DNA of 52,845 nt from Octopus bimaculoides (Eukaryota), in the NCBI RefSeq assembly GCF_001194135.2, contig NC_068990.1, positions 9,674,618 to 9,727,462 of the forward strand, in the 5' to 3' direction. The translations under genes were made by a program, and so were the position numbers. Shown here one piece after another: positions 11,486 through 24,974 of this stretch; position 1 is the stretch's first letter; every line of letters begins with the position of its first letter. The notes under the pieces were generated by a model, which ran no database searches, was not told where the DNA came from, and worked only from the letters and a program-made list of their open reading frames with translations.

Positions 11486-14400
11486 TATAATCTATGATAA
11501 GATATTTCTTTTTTGCTGAGGGACTCTCGGAAAGTTATAACATTAGGACATCTTAAGAAGAATAACACGCATTTATTGTACACGAATTGATCATAACAAT
11601 TTCATTCACGAATCATTTGGAAGTGTTTGTGATATGTCGAATACTCTTACACAACTAAATTATTTCTGCCATTAGCTTCTTGCTTGGCCTAAATTATCAT
11701 CCACTCGCGCTAATGCAAGGGAGGTTTTCTTCTAGTCAAATAGTAATTACTGAATATGGCATCTTTTTTAATGCAAATCTAAAGGGTAAATTTCTATCTT
11801 CTGTAGAAACGGTTACATTGCTTTCACAATTTGTTTTAACATGTCCCTACTAATTGTCTCTAAAAACTTGGATCATAACTAAGCATTCAGGACAGGCGTA
11901 CCATCTGTCCCTGGCACTGAAACTTCAGGTTCTAAGCTTTCATTACTCTATAATAAGTGGTTGAGCAAACGAACGTTCTGTAATTGGCTTTTGACCACTG
12001 ATAAGAAAGTTAGAAAAGCAATGAGACTACCAATGCTGAACTGAGTATATAACTTGTCACGTGTGTCAAGGAAAGAGGTACAAAGATTCATGCTGTGTAC
12101 TTTGCGTTTATTTTGGACTCAGATTTGATTTCGCTTATAGCTTACGAACGGACTGCACTTGTGTAACACTTTTAAACACGGATGAATTGGACGGACTATT
12201 GTGTACAAGCAATTAAGTATCCTTCTAAAGACTGTTTCTTACCGTAAAATGCTTCTGCACAAATTTATCATTCAGGTGTGAAAACACCAAATTGGATGAA
12301 GACGTTTCTGCAATTGAAAATGAGACGAATGAATAAATATTTGTACAGTAATCCCAAACGTAAAATCAATTTAAACAGTCAGATTTCTCGGAATTTCACG
12401 ATAAACATGACTTATCTCGACAGAAAAATCAATGTATTCATAATAAACATATGATATTTACTGCATCTAATATTTCTAGACTTAAATTTTCTAATCTTTA
12501 GCTGTTCGTTGTTCTGATGATTTGAGGTCATCATTTTTCTAATTTATGTGTATAACAGTATATAACCATTGTTTATATATTTCATGGCTTTTATCCTTAA
12601 AATTGATTTTAACTATTTTTAACCTATGCTGATATTAAAGGTGTTATTAATATAATCATCATATTATCTTATATATATATATATATGAAATAATCGTAAA
12701 TATAGTCTTTTGGAAAAAAACAATACAGACTATATTAAAATTAGACCATTAGCCCGAACTTTACAGCGCATCTGAATGTTGTCATTTCCTGAATACAACG
12801 ACTACACAATCATCTGAACCTATATGTACACATTAAGTTAGTCCTTTTCTACATAAACTGGAGTTGAACTTAATGCCGTCACCTTTAATTCAATAAGAAA
12901 TACATATATCAGTTACATATAAGTGGTATCCAGGCAAATATCACTTCAATGTTGAATTCGTTTCACTAACTTTTGTATGGAATATGTAGTATATTCCGTC
13001 GAAGGTAATATATTACTTACATTATTGAATCTCAAAATAGACATTCGAAGACTAGAAGGCATGTATTCTATCGCATGAATATATCTAATTATTCTCAACT
13101 CCTCTCTTCGCTTATTAGTATATGTTCATATAACCCGGTGAGTTTAATAGATCGTGTGTTTACTTAGTGAGAGAAATAAAATAAATACCTTAGGAACTCC
13201 GATACACATGCACACGCCCACACATTGTTCAGTGATTGCGTTCAGAGAGGGATGTTAACACATATTTTCGTAATATATTATTTCAAATCATATTCTAACA
13301 AAATTCTATATATAAAAAAAGAAGACTGCCACCGAAAGTGTAAATTTAAACTATAAGCTTATTCTGAAATATATTTGCATTAATTTTATTCAGTATCGCT
13401 TCTGTATGTATTTCTAAAATCATTAGAAATTTTGCTTGTAATTTTTAATATAGAAAAATAAATTTGCTAGACAGATGTTTACACATATTAGTTATTCAGC
13501 TGCTATTCTTTTTATGCATAGAAGTGTCCGTCAGAGAAATTTCTGAATAAACTATAGCTTTAAGTTGTGTTTCTCACTTCTGTCACTAGATTAGTATTCA
13601 TAATAAAGATTTAATGATTTCTAAACAATAAAGTTTTATATCGTTTATGGATTTCATCTTCAGCCATCTCCGAAATACATTTCCATTACTAATTTAACTT
13701 TCAGTGATACTAAATTAATTTGCTGAAAGGGAAATACCTAATCATTGGAAATAACTAAATTCAGAGTGGTGTATATTTCAAAACTAAATTCTGTTCAATG
13801 TACTGCATAATATATGGATGATTATCAGACTTTTGTTTGCCTTGAGATAAGAGACAGAATATTAATATATATAGGTGCATAATTGTAATTAGATGCTAAT
13901 TTTCATAATTAACCATTTCCACACGGAAATAATTAGCATGTAAAACTGATATTTACTAAAGCAATTTCAGGCAATTATGGCAAATAACTATAGGAGGAAA
14001 GGGAAGGAAAACGACTGGGAAGTAAATAGAAAGGAAGATAAAGAATGTAACAACAACTTCAAAAACAATCAAAATATGATCAAGTAAAAAATAAAAATGT
14101 TGGGAAGAGGGGGAAAAAGGAAACTGAAAGAGGGGAATATTGAACTAACTAATGAGGAAATTATGTGTTGAATACATATAAATATAATTAAAACTGCGAT
14201 GGAAAGAAATAGTATTAATTGTTGCGGGGAGATATAACTGATAATTGAATAGAATTAAATAAATATGGCATAATTTCAAAACTGTTTTAAAATGAAATAA
14301 TGATGAATGAATGAGGTTTCTTGACGATATAACTACACTACACTTCAATTGTATCTTCGTTGTACACATGATTTCAAAATACAAATTTGCACATGAAATA

Positions 14401-14989
14401 CCTTATAGACTCTAGCATGGAGAATCTGTGGATTTCATCATTACCGTGCAAAGAATAAAATATTGTCAAGTGTAAATGTTCTCCATATCTAGCAATAGTA
14501 AGTTGCTGATGAGCAACAAACGATTCCTGATTGTGAAAGCTATTATGAAATGCATTCCCGCTGTGACCATGTCATTTTGAATTTAGATATATCAAGTATT
14601 ATATTACCCAACGTGTCCTTGCTATTTTAAGATGAAGAAACTCAGCTCTTATTTCTAACAATGAAGCAACAGTCTAGAAGTTCCTTCTTTGGCGCTTCTA
14701 CATCAGGAATCTTGTTTACACTCTGAAATTAATGATACTCCGTATCCAAGAGTCAATTTCGCACTAGGATTTGCTTTCGAAATGAAATAGTTTCTTACTT
14801 ATTTCCTGGGTGTTCTCATGCAATTTTCAGCTTCCTGTGTCTATACAATATTTTAGACTTAATATAATATATATCAAAGGAAGTCATGAACTAACCGGTG
14901 GAATTACGTTCAGTGAAATCCATCCTTTGTTGTGGAGTAAACAAATGTGGCAGAAAAATCTTGTATGATCATTCAGAGAATTCATTTTT

Positions 14990-15230
14990 ACATAAAGATA
15001 GTGATCTGGGACATCTGCTAAGACGTAAAAGCTTCTTAATGTTGTAGTAACATCACTTCTCAGGCGAATATTGAAAATAACATATACAGAAAGAGTAGCA
15101 AACCTTGGAGTCATTAGACAAGGCGAAATCATAAAATATGTCTCCAGGATATAACAGGTTACATAGGAAATCATAGAGGAAAAGACAGCATTGTATATGT
15201 AGTCCCATCTCGAACAATTAGATAGAGAAA
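14990..15230 (+). pseudogene. Old RTE-type LINE 3' fragment
   Basis: LLRRILKITYTERVAN...GYIGNHRGKDSI resembles the RTE C-terminal pattern FLRRMLKISWTERVTN...FLGHIMRKDSL. Heavily decayed. Confidence 0.45.
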
Positions 15231-18200
15231 GATTATACACAATAACACTATCAGCTACTTGCAGCAAAGACGACGCAGTAACTGTAGCACAGGAGGTTAC
15301 GGAAGTACATGATTGACGATCCTTGTTGGCATGGCACAGAATGTATTGTATCTTTTTGTTATAGTAGAAAAAATGTGAACAGAAATTACATAACGAATAA
15401 CGACATCATATCTACAATCTCGTATCATGTATCGATAGGACACATATGAATCGTGGAAAGAGAAAAATAATATTTCGATTTTTGGCAATATCAGACATTC
15501 TCTACCAACGTAGTAATACAAAGATGTAATAAGAAATAAAGGAAAACACTTACATAACAATTTCTGAACCACGCGCAGAATAGTTAAGAACAGAGAAACA
15601 ACAGTTCTTTAGACCCTAAAATATTGTTTCCATGTATATATATATACTGAACCAAAGTTTATGTATGAGCAGAGCATATGTGTAATGTAAACATAAATGA
15701 TAAATTCTTGATTTAAAAACAAACAGAGCAAAAGATGATACGATGGGAAGAATGGGATAAAGTGTTGTGTCGACGCCCCCAGGCAAAGAGGTGGGATCTC
15801 CCAAGACATATAAATAGAGGTAGTCTGGCCGTGGTAGAGGTGTTGAGTAGCAGTCGAGTAGCAGTTGTGTAGCGGTGGAGTAGAGATCATCCGAAAGTGC
15901 TAGATAGCAGTAGCTTGAGACATAACACAAAGGAAAGCGAAAAAGAGAATGAAAGAGGAAAAGTGTGTGAAAGAGAGTGACCACTGAATAAAGCTTGAAA
16001 TATTTTCTCTCAAACTACTTTCTAGTAGACCATTTAAAAGTGAAGGAAAGAGATAGGGAAAGAGAAACAGAAAGAAAAGTAGTAAATGAAAGAAGGAGGT
16101 GTTAATGTAGCAAAAGATAGAAACGTTGAAAATGTAGTGTGCGCTTTACTAATTCGTGTTGCTGGGCTGGGGTGATGCGAGGATATCTACAATAAATACC
16201 TTTCTAGAATAAATGTTACCTTCTTAAGTTGAAAATGCGTGCTTGAAGATAGTTAATTCCTTCCATGCATCCAAGAGTGACAAGTGCCTGATCCCAAGGA
16301 TTAAATAAATATTGTCTTTATCTGTCTCGTGTTTATAGATGTGATATGATGTGAATATCAGAAATGAGACATTGATAACAATAGAGAGATTTTAGTATTT
16401 GAGGATAAAATGCTTTTATAAGTATTAAAGCAATAGAGAACTCTAATCCTCCGTAATTGCTTCAGCGGTACAATCAATTTCTGGCTGTCCATGTAGAACG
16501 CATGTCAATTAGGAGTTTCCCAGAATAGGTAAATTTCTTTTTCGACAACTACAGATTACTTTTATGAAATATTATTACAAGAAAACATTCACAAACACAC
16601 ACAGACACACACACACACACACACATACACATGTATATATACATCTCTCTCTCCCCCCTCTCTCCNNNNNNNNNNNNNNNNNNNNNNNNNNNNNNNNNNN
16701 NNNNNNNNNNNNNNNNNNNNNNNNNNNNNNNNNNNNNNNNNNNNNNNNNNNNNNNNNNNNNNNNNNNNNNNNNNNNNNNNNNNNNNNNNNNNNNNNNNNN
16801 NNNNNNNNNNNNNNNNNNNNNNNNNNNNNNNNNNNNNNNNNNNNNNNNNNNNNNNNNNNNNNNNNNNNNNNNNNNNNNNNNNNNNNNNNNNNNNNNNNNN
16901 NNNNNNNNCTCCCCTCCCCCTCTATCCCCTCCCCCTCTCTCTATATATACTAGAGGCAAAAGAGCAACAAAAACCAAAGTAGAAGTGTATCAAGTCATTT
17001 ATGATATTAAATTAGAGTAAGGTGAATTTGAGGTAATTAATTAACTAGTTAATTAATTAACTATTGGTTGTCTTACATAGTTGTTTCTGGGATATCCTAC
17101 GTGATAGGTTAGCATTTCCATATGTTGGGTATTCTGTCCTCAGAGACAAGGTGAGTCTGTATGAAAGTTTTACACAGGGAATTCACAGTTTATGAAGGAA
17201 TAAAATGGTAGATACAAGAATGATCAGTAAACCAGTAGATAGAAGAATACAGACAGGAGAATAAAGTTAACAATTCATCTTCTTCAAGAGGGTATGGAGG
17301 TTTGTCTGTACTTCTGTGAAGGTATAAGTTCCTAAATATAATCGCAGGTAAATCCAGGCAGAATTTTGCAGGTTGCGTTCATGGTGAATATATATAAGTA
17401 TATACATATCAAACGTGTCAGAATTGAAGTCTAGTCTTTCATCAGCAGTAATACATCTGCTCTACCACTAGAAACTCCTTATTTTAAATATGGGTTTAAT
17501 ATTTTACGCAAAACCTAGTCCATAACATATTTTATTCTGCGGTTTGAATGTTGAATGCCACCTTTTTCCACCTAAATGTTTACTAATATACATCACAGGC
17601 TAAGTTTAAACACTATTCTCTCTCCCAAATATAAATAAATCACTGAACCTTAATACTTACTCCTTTGTTTATGCATGAGTACGTTTTGTTGAAGATATTT
17701 CTTCAAGAGGTCAAGTTATGATTGTGGATAAAATGGTTATGGCAATTTCCGTTTGGTAAACATGTATTCATAAATGTAAGTGCATTTCCCTTGTTAATCG
17801 ACATGCTAGAAATAACAGCCAAGTATCAAACAGACTGAAAGATATATCATCATGATGAAAACAGAGCCTTGACTATATAAAGTGCAACTATACAAGGTCT
17901 TATGTGTATAAAATATATGTGTATTTATAAGAATAAGCTGACAGAAAAAGTAATTTTCGCCATTTGTATGATACGAAGTTTTTTAATATGCATAAACTAT
18001 CAATTAATTATAGTTTAAAATATATTTCAAATTTTATAATAATGTAATAAGAAATTTTAGTTTATTATATTTAGTTTATTGACTTTAATATTTGTTGAAT
18101 AATTTTATTTTTTATGCACCGATTTGTGAACAGAATTTAAGAAACCAGCGTCATTTGCGAACAGAAGTTTCGATGCAAGATGGTTATTTACTTCATATTT

Positions 18201-19702
18201 TTTGTTCCTATCTAATGCAATTGCACTTTGTTGAAGCACATTATTATATTCAACAATGTAAGAACATTGAAATAAAAGAATAAGAAAAAATAACTTTTAT
18301 CATATGTGAGATGCAAGAAGCAAAAGTGTTTATCATGCATAATATTTATTAATGATGCTTAAAATATTTGAAATTTTAGAATAATGCTATAAGTAAATGA
18401 TATTCAGCTTATTAAATTAAACGCTTGTAGAAAATGCAGATTTTTAAAAACACAAATATACACTTTAGTATATAAAAGCAATGCAATACTGTATAAGCAC
18501 CAAGTGCAGCCTGAATATCTAAGGCAATATGTGAACTTAAAGTTCATAATTTTCCTATTTATTTTTATTGAAATTGCAAGTTGTTCAAGCATGCTTTAGT
18601 TAACGAATAACCAAATGTGAATGAGCAACGCAACATATTTTGCTGGCAAGGAGCATGAATTTGGCACGAAGCAAGGAAGCAGAAAGGGATAGCCAAAGAC
18701 AAGCGAATACAATTTGATAGAGAGAACCAAAAACTTTCTTAAAGATAGCGAGAATGTTTTTTGGTTCAGAATGCTAAAGCTGGCATCAACATTAAGGACA
18801 GCTACGAAAAGGTCTGTACACACAAAATACCAACTGCAACGTTCTCAAGAACAACTTGAACATATATTCTGTAACAGGATCCTGAGTAGGAACTTGAAGC
18901 ACACCAGCGAATTTCATCTCTCAGGATAAAGATAATAACTAGTAACTAGAAACCAAAGATATTAATTAGTATCTAGTAGCCAAAGATAATAACTAGTAAC
19001 TTAGAATAATATTAATTGTGAAAACAAATAAGGATTATGAACATAGCAAGAGGCCGTGAAATGGACTCACTGCAAGACGTAGCTGTCAATGTAAACCATG
19101 AAAGGCGTGGTTTATGGACAAAAAAATACTTACTTGTAAAAATAAAGATTTTCATGAGAGGAAACACTAAATATATATATTCCTATACTGATTTTAGTAT
19201 CTGCTGGAAATCTAGTTTAATCTGTATTTCAGACGTACCTGATGAATTACATTAACTATTTATACATGATCCCGTAGAAGTAAAGTATTTCAGGCGAAAC
19301 ATTCATAAATTTACCAGTGGTAATACCATACACATCAGTTTCACAAGTTCGTGAAAATTGATGGGGAAATTAATGGCTAGAGAAAAATAATGGGAAAATT
19401 AATGACCAGAGAAAAAGGCTCACCGCTGACAATTTTAGTAAAATTGTCATTTTCTTTTTTTTAAGAGAAAACAAGAATATATAGCAACAAATGAACAAAA
19501 TTATCACTACCGAATTTCGGAATGCAATTATTGCACGCAGAGTTAGTTTTTATATTTCGGTACAAAAAACACACCATACAAAAGTTTTCTCGAAAATAGA
19601 ATGCTTGTTCGCTTTGCACGTTAAGTTGACATGCACTTTCAATTAACAGCATTGAGTTCCGTTCATAAACGTTAAGCGATACACACGAATATTGATGGTG
19701 CT

Positions 19703-19724
19703 TTGTTGTTGTTCTTTTTGTTGC

Positions 19725-19764
<40 letters not shown>

Positions 19765-19806
19765 CTTCTTCTTCTTCTTCTTCTTCTTCTTCTTCTTCTT
19801 CTTCTT

Positions 19807-19868
<62 letters not shown>

Positions 19869-20179
19869 CATNNNNNNNNNNNNNNNNNNNNNNNNNNNNN
19901 NNNNNNNNNNNNNNNNNNNNNNNNNNNNNNNNNNNNNNNNNNNNNNNNNNNNNNNNNNNNNNNNNNNNNNNNNNNNNNNNNNNNNNNNNNNNNNNNNNNN
20001 NNNNNNNNNNNNNNNNNNNNNNNNNNNNNNNNNNNNNNNNNNNNNNNNNNNNNNNNNNNNNNNNNNNNNNNNNNNNNNNNNNNNNNNNNNNNNNNNNNNN
20101 NNNNNNNNNNNNNNNNNNNNNNNNNNNNNNNNNNNNNATCATCATCATCATCATCATCATCATTATTATTATTATTATT

Positions 20180-20224
<45 letters not shown>

Positions 20225-20296
20225 CTTCTTCTTCTTCTTCTTCTTCTTCTTCTTCTTCTTCTTCTTCTTCTTCTTCTTCTTCTTCTCATTATCATT
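19703..20296. repeat. Compound trinucleotide microsatellite (TGT)n(TCT)n(TAT)n(CAT)n-[gap]-(CAT)n(TAT)n(TGT)n(TCT)n
   Basis: Read directly. Confidence 0.97.
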
Positions 20297-20650
20297 GAGT
20301 GAGAAAGCAATGCATGCCACCAAAGTGACACTGCGTAAACTATACGAAGCCCAATATGCCCATCAGAACTACACGTCTGATAAGTTTACACCAAATGGTC
20401 CCTCAATAAGGGTTGTTTAAGGATGTTGAACGAAACACCCATGATTCTAGAGGTGAAGTATCCAAACCCCAAAGAATTGCTCTCGACGCGTTGTTATGAT
20501 GCTCTCCTACTACTTATGGTTGTGATCGGAGATGCACGTATCGTCAGATACTAAGGGACATGCTCAACTTGTTACGGTCAAACAACTAACAAAGTCAAAC
20601 AACTGATAATATTATTGACACCGAGTATAACGTCAAGCACTCACAACTCT
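20296..20650 (-). mobile_element. Interspersed repeat whose tail appears to be the adjacent trinucleotide array
   Basis: Abrupt change from microsatellite to unique sequence at TGAGTGAGAAAGCAATGCATGCC. Recognised only from memory as a common octopus repeat; there is no second copy in the window. Confidence 0.35.
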
Positions 20651-20699
20651 CTACAAGTCGAGCAATGAGATTGGTGGATGTTCAGCATTAGAAGTATAT

Positions 20700-21300
20700 A
20701 GAGGATCAGCGGCGGGGAAGCGCGACGATGGTTTCGGGGAGACTCTGGGCGCCGACAAGAACGAAGTGTTCCGGAGGACGTTCCGTTCGGAAACTCTTAT
20801 GGATAATTTCCAGATGACCTTGGAATGGCAGTGCTACCGGGGACACTAACGGTTCGGAATAAGCTCTACAGGCACGGATATGGTGTCAGACGGACTTGTC
20901 CGAGGTGCGCGCTGCGTGACGAAACCGTTCTGCACGCCCTCGTTCAGTGTCCGGGCATTGCTGACTTGTGAGGTTATGTTGAACAGCTACTGGGATGGTT
21001 CCGTCTGTCGGCCGAGTCTGTAGTGATGATCGCACCACCACTCTCCCTCAATCGGGCCGGCAAGGCAGTTTTCCTTTGCCTGGTGTCTGTGGCGAAAGAG
21101 GTTATTTGGTGGACAACGCTGAAATGCATGAGAACAGACACATTCCTCTTTTGTAGAGCTCTCATTGAATTCTTCAAGTTTCACTTGAAAAGGAAATTGA
21201 ACGTGGAGAGGGAAGAGATGTCCTCGAGCGACTTTATTGTAAGGTGGGTGAAAGTTGCGAAAACGGCAAGATTGGATGGTACCCATATATTGACTGTGAA
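20700..21300 (+). pseudogene. L1/Tx1-clade LINE ORF2 C-terminal fragment with zf-RVT zinc knuckle
   Basis: WQCYR/GTLTVRNKLYRHG...CPRCALRDETVLHALVQC (C at 20897; C-x2-C-x8-H-x4-C)...AKEVIWW...FFKFHLKRKLNVERE. One frameshift near 20840 and one TGA. GC- and CpG-rich relative to its flanks. Confidence 0.85.
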
Positions 21301-22473
21301 ATTACATCGGAGACAATTTTGTAATTATCCAACGATGTATTTAAACTGTATAGTTTTCTTAGACATTGGCCATGTTGATTTAAACTTCGAATTACATGAA
21401 AAGCAAAGACACACAGACACTTATTCAATTACATTGGTATTCCAAATGGATCTAATTACCAGAACTTCATTAAATTCATACACGGTTCAGATTTTATATA
21501 CATACATACATCCATACATACATACATGCCTTCATACATACATACATACATACATACATACATACATACATACATACACACAACACACACATATATATGT
21601 AAAGACACACAGACGCACATATACATATACACTCATACAAATACACAGGAAAACACACACACATCCACACATACATAAACATATAATTTCGTTGTTCCAA
21701 TAAAACAATCAAGTTATACATATAGAAGTGATATAAAGAAGTGTGGGGAAAACAAAATATAGGCTTTTACTTGTTTCTTTTCTTTTATAACCTGTCTACC
21801 ATATACAGAATTTCATGATCTGAAACTTGAAAGAACAGAAAAACCTAGCGACATTTCTTACCATTTCACAAAATAATAAAGATGTTAATAAATTAAAAAA
21901 TACATTTTACAAATTTAATTCTTATGTCTAATTCTTATGTAGCAAGGACAGAAATGACAATGAATATTTTTCTTCATCTTTGGATATTTCTGTGAATTCG
22001 CTCTGTATTGGCATAAATTTGACAAATTGGAGTAGCTGAATCAAATTTTTCTGTCCATCTTTGAAGTATAATATGAAAGAATATTGATCTTGAAGAATTT
22101 ATTCAAGCACTACATTCAACAACTAAATCTCATGATAAAGTCAATGTATGGAGCCTTTGAAAATATTGAAAGGGAAACAGAATAAAATCTTACTTCATGG
22201 TTTACTGCAGTTAGAGTGTACTGGTATTGGGCAAGCATCCAACAGAATGCTAACCCCATATTGCATCCTTTAGCAGCTCTGTTTCTATTTCATAAAACTT
22301 AGAATCGATTAAGCCAAATATATTTACTGTCTAATTTCTCGATTAAACAGATTTATTAGCACGTAAGAGTGAGATAAAATTTAAATTGATCATAGGTTGA
22401 ATATTTGCAGCATATCTAACCTCCATTATTAATTTAGGTAAATCAAATAACCTCATACATACATATGCATATA

Positions 22474-22545
<72 letters not shown>

Positions 22546-22589
22546 AATATAAATCTATATATATACATACAGTTCTATATTTAAGAGAT

Positions 22590-22756
22590 GAAGAACTATG
22601 TACATTATTTACATGTGACAAGATATTTGTCCTCATCTTGTTTGTTGTTAACACAACATTTCGGCTGATATACCCTCCAGCTTTCATCAGGTGTCTTGGG
22701 GAAATTTCGAACCTGGGTTCTCCTCCCTAAGGTATTTTTCGATGTTGTTGTTATTA

Positions 22757-22795
<39 letters not shown>

Positions 22796-22860
22796 TCACT
22801 GCCTGGAATCGAACTCGGAATCTTGGGGTTAGTAGCCCGCGCTTTTAACCACTACGCCAT
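22590..22860 (-). mobile_element. tRNA-headed short element: pol III A/B boxes, (AAT)n, hammerhead-like motif
   Basis: Minus strand: TGGCGTAGTGG (A box, 22859-22849), GTTCGATTC (B box, 22814-22806), (AAT)n (about 22790-22750), then GACAC-CTGATGA...GAAA-TG-TT-GTGTT (22695-22650). Confidence 0.8.
22650..22695 (-). ncRNA. Minimal type-I hammerhead-like motif with one stem-II defect
   Basis: Stem I GACAC/GTGTT; core CUGAUGA plus an extra A; stem II AGCTG/CAGCC (A.C mismatch at 10.1/11.1); GAAA; loopless stem III AU/GU; GUU triplet. Confidence 0.55.
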
Positions 22861-22884
22861 ATGCACGTGAACTCAATAAAGCCA

Positions 22885-23447
22885 TCCATGTTGTTAGATC
22901 ATTTGAAATCACAAAAACCATCCATACAGTTCACAATGGAAAAGGAAAGAGACAATCAGCTAGCATTCCTGGGTGTATTAATAACACACACCAAGAATGG
23001 ATTCAGGACATCCGTATACCGCAAGCCGCCCTTCACTGGACGATACCTTAACTTCAATTCCCACTATTAATACAGTGTATAGAGAGGGATTGCTCAGTGC
23101 CTAAGACATTGAGCAAAGAATATAAGCAGCGATCGTAATACCCACCAAGAAGAAATGATCAATCTCAGTAACAATCTATATAACAACCCCCCGCCGAAAA
23201 AAAAAACAAAAAGAATCATACTATCTACTGCATTTATGAAGAAAAGAGAGGATGAAAACAATAAACTGTCTACAGTCTGTCTACCCCATGTGAAAGGCCT
23301 CTCCGAAAAAATACAAACGATATGCGGCCCATATGACATCAGGACAATATTCAAAAGTAATACAACACTTCACAAATATCTCCTTCGAGTAAAACCACTA
23401 ATAGAAGAGAATATGACCAAAGACTGCTTCTACTCCATCCCATGTGG
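22885..23447 (+). pseudogene. Penelope-like element RT C-terminal/thumb and linker fragment
   Basis: LDHLKSQKPSIQFTMEKERDNQLAFLGVLI...FRTSVYRKPPFTGRYLNFNSH...LPHVKGLSEKIQTIC...IRTIFK...KDCFYSIPCG matches the PLE RT motif FTxExE..LxFLDV..YRKPTxTxxYL. It ends at the start of the GIY-YIG domain and contains internal stops. Confidence 0.92.
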
Positions 23448-23559
23448 GTGCGTGCGTGTGTGCGTGCGCGGATTTGTATGTGTAAACAAGTGTTACGTAT
23501 GCATCATCGTAAATGGTGAGTGGCCGAGAGCGAGTGCTAATGTGAATAAAATAAATTTG

Positions 23560-23850
23560 TTGCAAATGGAAGTCAATAGGAATGTTGAATGCGTGATAGA
23601 TGTGTATTGAAGTGTATGAGTTTACAATATGTAAACACGGAAGAATGTTTTAAATTAAAATAAGTAAAGGAAAGAAAAGTTGAGATCACCATGAAGAGAA
23701 GAAAAGTTGAGATCTGTCTCCATGAAGAAAATTCAAAGAAGAATAACATTAAAATTGCAAAATATTGGTAAAACGCCGGAGACGTTCGCTAGAGTCTACG
23801 AAGGTTGGTGAAGATCTGGGAAAATACAGAGAAGAGATAGTAAAGTGGGG
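23560..23850 (+). pseudogene. Possible very old RTE 3' remnant, with a local duplication of AGAAAAGTTGAGATC
   Basis: EITMKRRKVEI...KIAKYW is weakly similar to the RTE C-terminus. The 15-mer occurs twice within 23670-23715. Confidence 0.25.
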
Positions 23851-24974
23851 GAAACTCTGACCTACTCATGAATCAATTCATGTGTGTAAAAGAATTTTTG
23901 GATGCACATTATGAAAAATACGGCTGAGTAAATGGAATATATATTTTTGAAAGAAGAACGCAGAGTAAATGATGTAAGTTGTAGGTGGCTTAATGTGTGC
24001 GAGTGGTTAGCAACTAAAAGGTCTGTAGTGATAAAAAAGAGGTAAAAAATGGAGACGAAAGTAATGTAAATAGCTGTTAACAAAGTATGATTAGACAAGT
24101 GAAGCAATATCTGGATGTGTACACGTTTGTACGTAAGTAGTAAATATGCGATTGAGTGTGTATCAGCGTGTGGGCTTTTCTAAACGCAAAATGAAGGTGC
24201 TTATAATGATGCTAGTATATGCGTATGTTCCATTGGGAAGCGTAGATGGTGTAGGTATGTGCTGCATGCGGCTCACTGAATAAAAATTATAAATAACATC
24301 GATGAAAATTACTGTGTATAGTTCTGTGAAGAGTACATATGTATATATGGGTCTGATATATTTAGGTATGTGTGCGTCTGCATAATGGTATGATTGGCTA
24401 TACATGTCTCAATATAAAATTTAGTTGAATTGCAGTGGGAAATTAAGACCGAATGAAGTGCATGTTTGAAGGCGGAATTAAGTGTGCACATGTCTGCCGT
24501 CTCCTGAATGAAAATGAAATAATTCATTTACTTAAACAACTGAATATACCATTGAAACAGACGTAGGTGCACACAGGCACATATACGTACGTGCGCGCAC
24601 ACAATTACACTCATACGCACACACACATTTTCTATGTTTCTTTATATGCATATGTATGAATATCTCAGGCGTATTCGATTATGAGTATTTGGTTGTGCAC
24701 TCAACTGAATTTCGTTGTTATTAAGAGGGTCCATACGTGAGTATGCGTGCGTATTTCCGTGACCTATTTAAGTTGCTGGCCTCTTGTTCATGGTTAGTTC
24801 GTTTTCAGATCTACTGTTGTTCTTTTCTTAAAGATATGTGTAAACTAATAGAATTCTCTCACACTCAGCCGTTGGATATGTATTAACACTTCCCATTTCA
24901 TCCGTCTTTCGACAGCTTTTGTTTTTCGTACAGCAATTTGCCCTAGAAAATGGTTTCAGTTTAATTCTGTTACA

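Noticed and set aside
14506-14542. CTGATGA...GAAA-GC-TA hammerhead-like spacing
   Set aside because: Weak 4-bp stem II and no stem I (AGTTG versus TTATG); consistent with chance.
15500-16030. Possible solo LTR (TATAAATAG near 15810, AATAAA near 15987, GAGTAGCAGT repeats)
   Set aside because: No TG...CA boundaries with a target duplication, PBS or PPT could be fixed.
16909-16935. Four C-tracts (G4 on the minus strand)
   Set aside because: Part of a CT-rich low-complexity tract at a gap edge; sequence unreliable and unremarkable.
19461-20420. Poly-R/T/I/L/F/S ORFs
   Set aside because: Translations of the trinucleotide microsatellite on both strands; no evidence of coding.
22790-22860. tRNA gene
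   Set aside because: A and B boxes are present, but there is no convincing acceptor stem and it runs into (AAT)n and repeat sequence; treated as a SINE-type head.
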